Below are positions 17,591 through 24,922 of a DNA stretch of 27,015 nt, in pieces. The notes below the pieces were generated by a model that did not search any database, was not told where the DNA came from, and saw nothing but the letters and a program-made list of their open reading frames with translations. The position numbers and the translations under genes were made by a program. Position 1 is the first letter of the stretch; each line of letters begins with the position of its first letter. Origin of the DNA: Fibrobacteria bacterium. Its GTDB lineage: Bacteria > Fibrobacterota > Fibrobacteria > UBA11236. The DNA is taken from NCBI GenBank assembly GCA_050486505.1, contig JBJHDK010000031.1, forward strand, positions 1-27,015, written 5' to 3'.

Positions 17591-18787
17591 TTGAAGAAAC
17601 ATCGACTTGTACCCCGCCTGACCTACTGCACGAACGTCCATCCGCTGCATGATTTCGCCGTTTGGCGCGAAAAAATCGGGTTTTTCGGCCCCGCAATCGG
17701 TGCCCTCCAAAAGCAGTCCCCGTTCCCCCTGGGGCTGTGGTTCAATGAAAAGGTCCTTTCCAGCGCCTATCCCGGGGGGGTGGCCCCCCTGATCCGCGAT
17801 TTTCAGGACTGGAAGGTGTCCACTTTCACCTTCAATGCGTTCCCCTACGGAAACTTCCACGAACCCGTGGTCAAGCGCAAGGTTTATCTCCCTGACTGGA
17901 CGGATCCCGCCCGCCTCGGCTACACGCGTCGTTGTGCCGGGCTGCTCGCCGCGCTCCTCCCCGAGGACGAGGCGTACGGGTCGATCTCGACCCTGCCCCT
18001 CGGTTGGCGGGAGGAGTGGACGGAGGAAATGTCCGAGGTGGCTGCGGCGGCCCTGGTCGAGCTCGCCGTGTCCCTGCGCGCCCTGCGTGACCGCACGGGG
18101 AAGACCATCGTCCTTGCCATCGAGCCGGAGCCCGGTTGCGTGCTCGAGCGCACTGCGCAGGTCACCGCCTGGTGGCACGGATTCCTGCGCCCCGCGGCCC
18201 GCGCCGCCGAGGCGGAGGACGCCGTGCAGGAACACATCGGACTGTGCTACGACACCTGCCACCAGGCCGTGCAGTTCGAGGATGCGGAGGCGTCCCTGGC
18301 GGCGCTGTCGAAGGCCGGCATTCGCATCGCCAAGATGCAGCTCTCCAGCGCGATCGAGTTCCCCGCGGACCCCGAGGGCGTGACGCGGACGGCGCGCGAA
18401 GCCTTCGTCGAAGCGAAGTTCCTGCACCAGACGCGGGTGAAGACTCCGGAAGGGATTTTCGAGCTCGACGATCTTCCGCAAGCCTTGAATGCAGGCCCTG
18501 GACTGCTCGCCCACCCCTGGCGCGTGCATTACCATGTTCCCGTGCACGCGGATTCATTGCTGGACAACTCCGGAATCCGCACCACCCGCGACGAGATGTT
18601 GCGCGCGCTCCGCTACGCCCTCAAGCACGAGCTGTGCGCGCACTTCGAGGTCGAGACCTACACGTGGAGCGTGCTTCCCGAAGAACACCGCCCGATGAAC
18701 GACGAAGAACTGGCGAAGGCGATTGCGAGGGAGCTGGACTTCGTGAGGGAACGGGAGCCGACGGCCTTCGGCCTGAATTACGAATGA
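17591..18787 (+). CDS. eboE: Metabolite traffic protein EboE (TIM barrel)
   Basis: YCTNVHP, FTFNAFPYGNFH..VK.KVYLPDW, GSISTLPL, EPEPGC, GLCYDTCHQAVQFE, WRVHYHVP and EVETYTWSVLP motifs. TTG start is uncertain. Confidence 0.9.
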   Translation: MKKHRLVPRLTYCTNVHPLHDFAVWREKIGFFGPAIGALQKQSPFPLGLWFNEKVLSSAYPGGVAPLIRDFQDWKVSTFTFNAFPYGNFHEPVVKRKVYLPDWTDPARLGYTRRCAGLLAALLPEDEAYGSISTLPLGWREEWTEEMSEVAAAALVELAVSLRALRDRTGKTIVLAIEPEPGCVLERTAQVTAWWHGFLRPAARAAEAEDAVQEHIGLCYDTCHQAVQFEDAEASLAALSKAGIRIAKMQLSSAIEFPADPEGVTRTAREAFVEAKFLHQTRVKTPEGIFELDDLPQALNAGPGLLAHPWRVHYHVPVHADSLLDNSGIRTTRDEMLRALRYALKHELCAHFEVETYTWSVLPEEHRPMNDEELAKAIARELDFVREREPTAFGLNYE

Positions 18788-18920
18788 CGAATGACGAATT
18801 ACGAATTGAATACATGGGGCAAGCTTACGATGAACTGCGTGGCGAGTCTTGTTGGTTCTTGGACATTCTTGGCTCAACGCATTGATTCTTCACTCGTAAC
18901 TCGTAATTCGTAATTGGAGA
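18778..18920 (+). repeat. Heptamer-bounded inverted-repeat element, copy 1
   Basis: Left array TTACGAA-TGACGAA-TGACGAA-TTACGAA (18778-18805), 87 nt core, right array CTCGTAA-CTCGTAA-TTCGTAA (18893-18913), then TTGGAGA. Confidence 0.9.
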
Positions 18921-18925
18921 AACAG

Positions 18926-20314
18926 ATGACCACACCGAACCTCCGTCCCACCGCCGTCCTGAACATCGTCGGGCTCACGCCCTCGCTGATCGGCGCGCAT
19001 ACGCCGCACCTCAAGTCCTTTCGTGATCGAAACACGATCGCTCGCCTGCATGAACCATTTCCTGCGCTGACCTGCACCAGCCAGGCGCAGATGCTCACCG
19101 GACTGACCCCCTCCGGCCACGGAATCGTCGGAAACGGCTGGTACTTCAAGGATCTCGCCGAGGTCGGGTTCTGGAAACAGAACGATGGCCTGATTCGTGG
19201 CGAGAAGGTGTACGAAGCCTTGAAGCGGCGGTATCCGGAGTTCACCTGCGCGAAGATGTTCTGGTGGTACAACATGTACTCCAACGTCGACTGGTCCGCC
19301 ACGCCGCGCCCGCATTACCCCGCCGACGGCCGCAAGGTGTTCGACATCTACACAGGCCCCATGGAATTGCGCGACGCGCTGGTGAACGAACTCGGACCGT
19401 TTCCCTTCCACGCCTTCTGGGGCCCGGCGGCGGGCATCAAATCCTCCGAATGGATCGCCGCCAGCGCGAAGTGGGTGCAGGAGTACAAGCGGCCGACGCT
19501 CAATCTCGTCTATCTTCCCCATCTCGATTATTGCCTCCAGAAATACGGCCCCGGAGCCCCCGAGATCACTCCCGAGTTACGCAAGATCGACGCCGTTGCC
19601 GGCGACCTGATCGAATTTTTCGAGAAGCAGGGGGTGCGCGTCCTCATCGTCTCGGAGTACGGGATTTCTCCGGTGACGCGTCACGTTCACCCCAATCGCA
19701 TCTTGCGGCGGGCCGGGCTGCTCGAGGTGCGCCCGAGCCTGACATGGGAGCTTCTCGACGCGGGCGCGAGCAAGGCCTTCGCGGTTGCCGACCACCAGAT
19801 CTGCCACATCCACGTGAACGACAAGTCGCGGCTCAACGACGTGATTTCCCTGTTCGAAAGGGAGCCGGGCCAAAAGCATGTGATCCACGGCGAAGACCGC
19901 AAGCGCTTCGGACTGGACCACGAGCGCGCTGGCGACATCATTCTCATGGCGGAGCCTGATACGTGGTATACGTATTACTACTGGGAAGACGATGCCAAGG
20001 CGCCCGATTTCGCGCGTTGCGTCGACATCCATCGCAAGCCGGGGTACGATCCCTGCGAGTTGTTCCTTGATCCCGCGCAGCCGCTGGCGAAGGCGAAGAT
20101 CGGCTTGACCTTGCTCAAGAAAAAACTGGGGCTGCGCTACTACATGGATGTGATTCCTCTCGACCCGTCGCTGGTGAAGGGATCCCATGGAACCCCGGCG
20201 GAGAACGCGGCCGAGGCACCGCTGTTGATCGGGGACGGCTCCCTGTGGGGCGGCGCCAAAGAGTTGCCGATGGCCGCCGTGCGGGACGTGATGATGCGGT
20301 CGGTGGAGTCGTAG
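18926..20314 (+). CDS. eboF: EboF-like nucleotide pyrophosphatase/phosphodiesterase (alkaline phosphatase superfamily)
   Basis: LNIVGL, FPALTC (nucleophile Thr), HGIVGNGWYF, YLPHLDY, VSEYG, VDIHRKPGYDPCELF and KGSHG motifs; follows eboE; GGAGA RBS. Confidence 0.85.
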   Translation: MTTPNLRPTAVLNIVGLTPSLIGAHTPHLKSFRDRNTIARLHEPFPALTCTSQAQMLTGLTPSGHGIVGNGWYFKDLAEVGFWKQNDGLIRGEKVYEALKRRYPEFTCAKMFWWYNMYSNVDWSATPRPHYPADGRKVFDIYTGPMELRDALVNELGPFPFHAFWGPAAGIKSSEWIAASAKWVQEYKRPTLNLVYLPHLDYCLQKYGPGAPEITPELRKIDAVAGDLIEFFEKQGVRVLIVSEYGISPVTRHVHPNRILRRAGLLEVRPSLTWELLDAGASKAFAVADHQICHIHVNDKSRLNDVISLFEREPGQKHVIHGEDRKRFGLDHERAGDIILMAEPDTWYTYYYWEDDAKAPDFARCVDIHRKPGYDPCELFLDPAQPLAKAKIGLTLLKKKLGLRYYMDVIPLDPSLVKGSHGTPAENAAEAPLLIGDGSLWGGAKELPMAAVRDVMMRSVES

Positions 20315-20338
20315 GGGCGAATAATCATTCGCCCCTAC
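20311..20338. repeat. GTAG-type REP-like palindrome
   Basis: GTAGGGGCGAAT-AATC-ATTCGCCCCTAC, a perfect 12 bp stem that overlaps the eboF TAG stop. Confidence 0.8.
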
Positions 20339-20456
20339 CTCGCGCACGTCCCGCACGGGCCCCCAAACAGCCTATAAACGGCACGGGATCCCCCCCGATC
20401 CCCCTGATCGGAGTTAAATTTGACTGTTCCCTTTCGGGACAGCCCGGAGCCTTCGT

Positions 20457-22313
20457 TTGCAGACCCTGACCGATTTCCTCGCCTCTGCCCCCAAACCCCA
20501 CCTCGCGAAGCTATTTCGGCGCGACAACCCGGATGCTGGCTTGGTGGCAGGAGGGATGGTCGCCGAAGCGGTGCGCGCGCACGCGCTCGACCCGAAGCGG
20601 ATCGCGGCCGTACTCGATGCCCTCGAGCCCTCCGGGCGCCGCCTGCTGATGGGGATTTACGCCTCGGAAGAGCGGGGAATGCTTGAAACCGAACTGGCAC
20701 GCGCTTGCGAGGAAGGTGCTCCTGCTGCGGCGCACTATCTGGCGTTGCTCGAATATGAACTGCTGGTTGCGCGCCGTGAGGGAGAACACCGCAGCTATCA
20801 CGGATTTCGCGAGGCAGTGTCACTTGTGTTGCCGCGCCTGCTGGAGGAGTTCGCGCCTGCCGAAGAGGCGCCGCCCCAGGCAGCCTGGATTTCGAATGCG
20901 TCGCACGTTGTTTCCCACTTCTGCCATTTTCTTGCGCGCGTGGGCCGCGGTGACCTGAAGCTGACGCAAAACGGCGAGTTGCACCGGAAGAGCCTGATGG
21001 AGCTTGCCCGGGGCTTCGGCAGCGGCGCAATGCTGTCGCCGGTGACCGCGGAGGAGGAGGCCGGATTCCTGTTTCGCTTCGCGATCGACTCCGACTTGTT
21101 GCTCGAGGAAGAAGGGCTTTTGCGCCTCTCCCCATCGGCAGCGGAGTGGCTCGAGGACGGTGGAGAGGAGGTCGTCCGTCGGCTGCGCGGGTGGTGGCAG
21201 CGCAAACGCGTTCGGGGGCTTTCGCGCCTGCTCGGGATTCTCGCTGCGGACTCCGGGGCGGCACGTGGCGTGATGAACCTGGCACCCCTTTTCTCGGTTT
21301 ATGAGGGATGGGACAAGATGCGTGCGCGCCCCCGTTCCGAGTTGCAAACCTGGGAAAACCTGCCGCGATTGCTGCGCGAACTCTGGATTCTCGGCGGCAT
21401 CGAGTTCGCGATGCAACGCGGTCGTGTTCGCTGGGCGCGTGTGCCTTTGGATGGAGATGCCGCGCTTGATTCTGCGGCAGCCACGGAGTCCGCGCGTGGC
21501 CTGCCCAACTTCGAGGCACTGGTGCCTGCCGGCGTGCCGCTCGGACGCCTCTTCCAGATCGAGTTGCTGGCCGTGCGCGAGAACGACGAGCGCATGACCC
21601 GCTACCGGTTCACGAAGGACTCCGTGGTCGCCGGCCTGCGTGCCGGCGTCGCCGTGGTGTCGCTCGAGGAACTCGCGGCCTGGCTCGGATTCGAGGAGCC
21701 GGCGCGCCGCGTGCTCGCGGAATGGGCGGCCACCTATGCCTCCGCGGTGTTCAGGGAGGTTTTCGTGCTGCGCGTGCGCGACGCGGTCCGGTTCTCCGAA
21801 CTGGAGGCGTTTCCCCGCTTCATGGATCTCGTGGTCGAGGTGATTCCGGGATACGGTTTCGTCATGAGTCGTGGCGCGCGCGAGGCTGCACGCGAGCTGC
21901 TGCAGGCCTTCGATCTTCAGCCCGGTGACGAAGCCGCGTCGCCCGGGTCACGTCGGCCCGTATCCGCCCCGGAGGGCGACCCATCGTGGTCATTGCCCGT
22001 GTTCAGTCACGGCGAAACGGCCTATCGTCATGCCGCGCCCGCGCGCAAGCCGGCCGTTTCGGCACTCGCGAAGGAGGAGCGCGAGAAGGCGGAGACGCCT
22101 GTTCATCGCCTGCGATCCCTGGAGGGTGCCATCGCCGCCCAGCGCAGCGTCGAGTTCGTTTACGCATCAGGGACCGCGCGCATCCGCGTGCAGCCCCTGC
22201 ATGTGCTGCGTAACCGGGAGCCGATGAAGTTGATCGCCGTGGACCTGGCCTCGGGACATCGCAACGAGTACGTGATCGATCAGGTCGCGGCGTTGAAGGT
22301 GGTTGGTGATTAG
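20457..22313 (+). CDS. XPB/Ssl2 helicase-associated domain protein with C-terminal WYL-like domain
   Basis: PNFEALVP...RYRFTKDSVVAGLRAG resembles the helicase-associated (Helicase_C_3-type) domain. The C-terminal LEGAIAAQRSVEFVY..RIRVQPLHV..LIAVD..RNEYVIDQV has WYL-like spacing. No Walker A or DExH motif seen. Confidence 0.7.
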   Translation: MQTLTDFLASAPKPHLAKLFRRDNPDAGLVAGGMVAEAVRAHALDPKRIAAVLDALEPSGRRLLMGIYASEERGMLETELARACEEGAPAAAHYLALLEYELLVARREGEHRSYHGFREAVSLVLPRLLEEFAPAEEAPPQAAWISNASHVVSHFCHFLARVGRGDLKLTQNGELHRKSLMELARGFGSGAMLSPVTAEEEAGFLFRFAIDSDLLLEEEGLLRLSPSAAEWLEDGGEEVVRRLRGWWQRKRVRGLSRLLGILAADSGAARGVMNLAPLFSVYEGWDKMRARPRSELQTWENLPRLLRELWILGGIEFAMQRGRVRWARVPLDGDAALDSAAATESARGLPNFEALVPAGVPLGRLFQIELLAVRENDERMTRYRFTKDSVVAGLRAGVAVVSLEELAAWLGFEEPARRVLAEWAATYASAVFREVFVLRVRDAVRFSELEAFPRFMDLVVEVIPGYGFVMSRGAREAARELLQAFDLQPGDEAASPGSRRPVSAPEGDPSWSLPVFSHGETAYRHAAPARKPAVSALAKEEREKAETPVHRLRSLEGAIAAQRSVEFVYASGTARIRVQPLHVLRNREPMKLIAVDLASGHRNEYVIDQVAALKVVGD

Positions 22314-22325
22314 TCACGCGGAGAA

Positions 22326-22361
22326 CTTTGTAAGGGCGACCCGCAGGTCGCCCTTACAAAG
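22326..22361. repeat. REP-like palindrome related to the one at 20311
   Basis: CTTTGTAAGGGCGACC-CGCA-GGTCGCCCTTACAAAG, a perfect 16 bp stem sharing the GTARGGGCGA-N8-TCGCCCYTAC core. Confidence 0.8.
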
Positions 22362-22444
22362 GGTGTGGTGAGCAGGATGAGCGGATTCCAGGGGTTGAGC
22401 GGCGGAGTCAAGGATGGTAATCTGTACCCTGAAGGAGCATTGTA

Positions 22445-23383
22445 ATGTCCATGAAGATTTGGCTTGCGTCGCCGCGGGGGTTCTGCGCCGGAGTGCAGCG
22501 CGCCATCAGCATCGTCGAGAAGGCGCTGGAGAAATTCGGGGCCCCCGTGTACGTTCGCCACGAGATCGTGCACAACAAGTTCGTGGTCGAGCAGTTGCGC
22601 GAGAAGGGCGCGGTCTTCGTGACCGAACTCGACGAGGTACCATCCGGAGCCGTGGCCATCTTCAGCGCGCATGGCGTCCCCGTCGCGGTTCACGATGATG
22701 CGGAGCAGCGCAAGCTGGTGACCGTCGATGCGACCTGTCCCTTGGTCAAAAAGGTTCACTCCTCCGTGCAGCGGCACTACAAGAACAAGCGACGCATCTT
22801 GCTCATCGGGCACCGCGGGCACCCCGAGGTGATCGGCACAATGGGGCAGCTCGAGCCCGGAGAGATCATTCTGGTCGAGACTCCCGAAGACGCCCGCAGC
22901 ATGCCGGATCCCGATGCCGAAGAGTTGGCGTACACCACGCAGACAACCCTCTCCATCGGCGAGACTCGCGACGTGATCGAGGCCCTCAAGGCACGCTTCC
23001 CTCACATCAAGGGGCCGGAGAAGGGCGACCTGTGCTATGCGACCACCAACCGCCAAAGCGCGGTGGAACAGATGGCGCAGAAGGTCGACCTGCTTCTCGT
23101 GGTCGGTTCCAAGAACAGCTCGAATAGCAACCGGCTGCGTGAACTCGGCGAACAGCTCGGCAAGACGGCCTATCTCATCGACGGGCCGCAGGATCTGAAG
23201 CGTGAGTGGTTCGAGGGCGTGGAGAACGTCGGCATCTCCTCAGGGGCATCGGCGCCCGAGGTGCTGGTCCAGGACGTGGTGCGCTGGCTCCAGAAGGAGT
23301 TCCCGGGTAGCACGGCCGAGGATTACGTGATTCTGGAAGAGAATGTGCGGTTTTCCCTCCCGCAGGTGCTGGCCGACGTTTGA
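22445..23383 (+). CDS. ispH: 4-hydroxy-3-methylbut-2-enyl diphosphate reductase
   Basis: [51 protein letters not shown] and GASAPE motifs; three Fe-S Cys present. Confidence 0.98.
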   Translation: MSMKIWLASPRGFCAGVQRAISIVEKALEKFGAPVYVRHEIVHNKFVVEQLREKGAVFVTELDEVPSGAVAIFSAHGVPVAVHDDAEQRKLVTVDATCPLVKKVHSSVQRHYKNKRRILLIGHRGHPEVIGTMGQLEPGEIILVETPEDARSMPDPDAEELAYTTQTTLSIGETRDVIEALKARFPHIKGPEKGDLCYATTNRQSAVEQMAQKVDLLLVVGSKNSSNSNRLRELGEQLGKTAYLIDGPQDLKREWFEGVENVGISSGASAPEVLVQDVVRWLQKEFPGSTAEDYVILEENVRFSLPQVLADV

Positions 23384-23591
23384 CCCCGCCACCGGGGGCG
23401 ACCGGGCAGGATCTCCCCATTTTCAGAAATTCGGGGGGTTTCTGCGGGATTTCCCCCGTGGCCGGGGGCATGTTCAGGGCCTAATCCCTTGTGAATCCTT
23501 GATTTCCGCACGGGTTTTGTTAGGTTTCACGACCCAATTTTTCAGGTTTTCGCCGGGTTTTGTGATCCGGTGTTTGCAAAAAGAGGCAACG

Positions 23592-23831
23592 ATGAGCCGC
23601 ACATGTGACGTCACCGGAAAGAAGCGCCAATCGGGAATGCAGGTTTCCCACGCCATGAACCACACGCGCAAGTGGTTCGAGATCAACATTCAGAAGAAGC
23701 GCTTCTGGGTGCCTTCCGAGAACCGCTGGGTTTCCCTGCGCGTGAGCGCGGCGGGCATTCGCTACATCGCGAAGAACGGCATCGAAGCCGCGCTGAAGCA
23801 GGCGAAGAAGCTCAAGCTCGAGAAGGCGTAA
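23592..23831 (+). CDS. rpmB: 50S ribosomal protein L28
   Basis: [10 protein letters not shown]...[42 protein letters not shown]. Confidence 0.97.
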   Translation: MSRTCDVTGKKRQSGMQVSHAMNHTRKWFEINIQKKRFWVPSENRWVSLRVSAAGIRYIAKNGIEAALKQAKKLKLEKA

Positions 23832-23856
23832 GCCTCGTCACCCCGGCCCCCGAAGG

Positions 23857-23906
23857 GGACAAACAAAAAACCCCGGTCCAATGGACGCGGGGTTTTTTGT
23901 TTGTCC
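23857..23906. terminator. Bidirectional intrinsic terminator
   Basis: GGACAAACAAAAAACCCCG...CGGGGTTTTTTGTTTGTCC long inverted repeat with A/T tails between convergent genes. Confidence 0.85.
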
Positions 23907-23936
23907 GGAGGCATGTCCGGGTTGATTGCGATGGGA

Positions 23937-24773
23937 TTATAACAGTCGCATCAGCACCGAGAAATCCTCATCGCCCCAACCGTTTGCCATGCCCTTGTCA
24001 TAAAGCTCCTTGAGTTTTTGCAATTGGGGGAGCTCCAGCGGACCCGCGCTCTCCAGCGCGAGCCGCAAATCCTTGTCCATGTGCTTGAGTGAAAACTGCG
24101 GGGAGTAGTCGCCCGCCTTGAGCTTCGGCTCCTTGAGGTCCGACACGCCCGAGCGCGAGGCATTGGCATGCAATGCGTCGAAAAAGACGTCATCCGATAT
24201 CCCCGCGGCCCGGGCGAAGCGCAGGCTCTCGGAGAGCCCCCCCATCACCATGGCGATGTTCATGTTCATCGCCAGCTTGAGCGCCGAGGCGCTGCCCAGC
24301 GGGCCGATGTGCACAAGCTTGTGCGCGATGCGCGAGAGCAACGGCCAGGCCTGTTCCACCAATTGCGCATCGCCACCGAGATAGAAGACGGTCTTGCGCT
24401 CTTCCGCGGCGGGACGGCTGCCGGTGAAGGGAGCCTCAAGAAAGCGCGCGCCGGTTTTCTCCACGCGCGCAGCGAACGTCTTCGTCCACTCCGGCGAGAT
24501 GGTGGTGGACTGGATCACGAGTTGTCCCGGACCAAGCGCGGGTTCGATCCGGTCCAGTGTTTCTGCGACCGAATCCGGATCGGCGAGCACGAGAATCACG
24601 AACTCAGCACCGCGCACCGCTTCCGCAGGATCAGCGACGAAGCCGGGGAAATCCTTTGGCGTGCGGTTCCAGACCTTGAGCTGAACCTTGTCCTCAACAA
24701 GATTACGCGCCCAGCACTTGCCGATGATGCCGAGGCCGAGGAGAGCGACGGAAGGGGAGGGCTGTGCGGGCAT
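23937..24773 (-). CDS. NAD(P)-dependent oxidoreductase, 3-hydroxyisobutyrate/beta-hydroxyacid dehydrogenase family
   Basis: Rossmann motif LLGLGIIG, VWNRT, LEAPFTGS, catalytic KLAMN and FSLKHMDKDLRLA; ATG at 24773 with GGAGA RBS. Confidence 0.9.
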   Translation of the reverse strand: MPAQPSPSVALLGLGIIGKCWARNLVEDKVQLKVWNRTPKDFPGFVADPAEAVRGAEFVILVLADPDSVAETLDRIEPALGPGQLVIQSTTISPEWTKTFAARVEKTGARFLEAPFTGSRPAAEERKTVFYLGGDAQLVEQAWPLLSRIAHKLVHIGPLGSASALKLAMNMNIAMVMGGLSESLRFARAAGISDDVFFDALHANASRSGVSDLKEPKLKAGDYSPQFSLKHMDKDLRLALESAGPLELPQLQKLKELYDKGMANGWGDEDFSVLMRLL

Positions 24774-24778
24774 TCGCG

Positions 24779-24915
24779 TCTCCAATTACGAGTTACGAAT
24801 TACGAGTGGAGAACGATGCGGCCTGGTGCCGCAGGCTACTTGTTCGGCTGCACTGTGCAATGGCATTGTATGTCGTGCTCCTGTGTTCTACTCGTAACTC
24901 ATAACTCGTAACTCG
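24779..24915 (-). repeat. Heptamer-bounded inverted-repeat element, copy 2
   Basis: TTACGAG-TTACGAA-TTACGAG (24786-24806), 84 nt core, CTCGTAA-CTCATAA-CTCGTAA-CTCG (24891-24915). The reverse complement aligns with copy 1 at both ends. Confidence 0.9.
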
Positions 24916-24922
24916 CGCGGCG

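Noticed and set aside
16311..17696. Calling the cyclase aroB, and using the ORF-track start at 17696
   Set aside because: Diagnostic residues (N for D, KQ for KT, EYGHT for NxGHT) disagree with AroB, and there is no aroK/aroC context. The long start would overlap the divergent eboE.
18778..18913. Heptamer arrays interpreted as a CRISPR array
   Set aside because: Units are 7 nt, tandem and inverted, with no repeat-spacer periodicity and no cas genes in the window.
15506..20314. Aminoglycoside biosynthetic cluster
   Set aside because: Only the DOIS-like gene is present; no BtrR-type aminotransferase, glycosyltransferase or resistance gene is in the window.
20335..21519. 394 aa Arg/Pro/Ala-rich minus-strand ORF
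   Set aside because: Off-frame composition typical of high-GC DNA; overlaps the better-supported plus-strand gene.
22445..23383. ispH as prenyl donor supply for the ebo locus
   Set aside because: It is a housekeeping MEP gene 2 kb away, separated by an unrelated gene, and there is no prenyltransferase here; proximity alone is not evidence.
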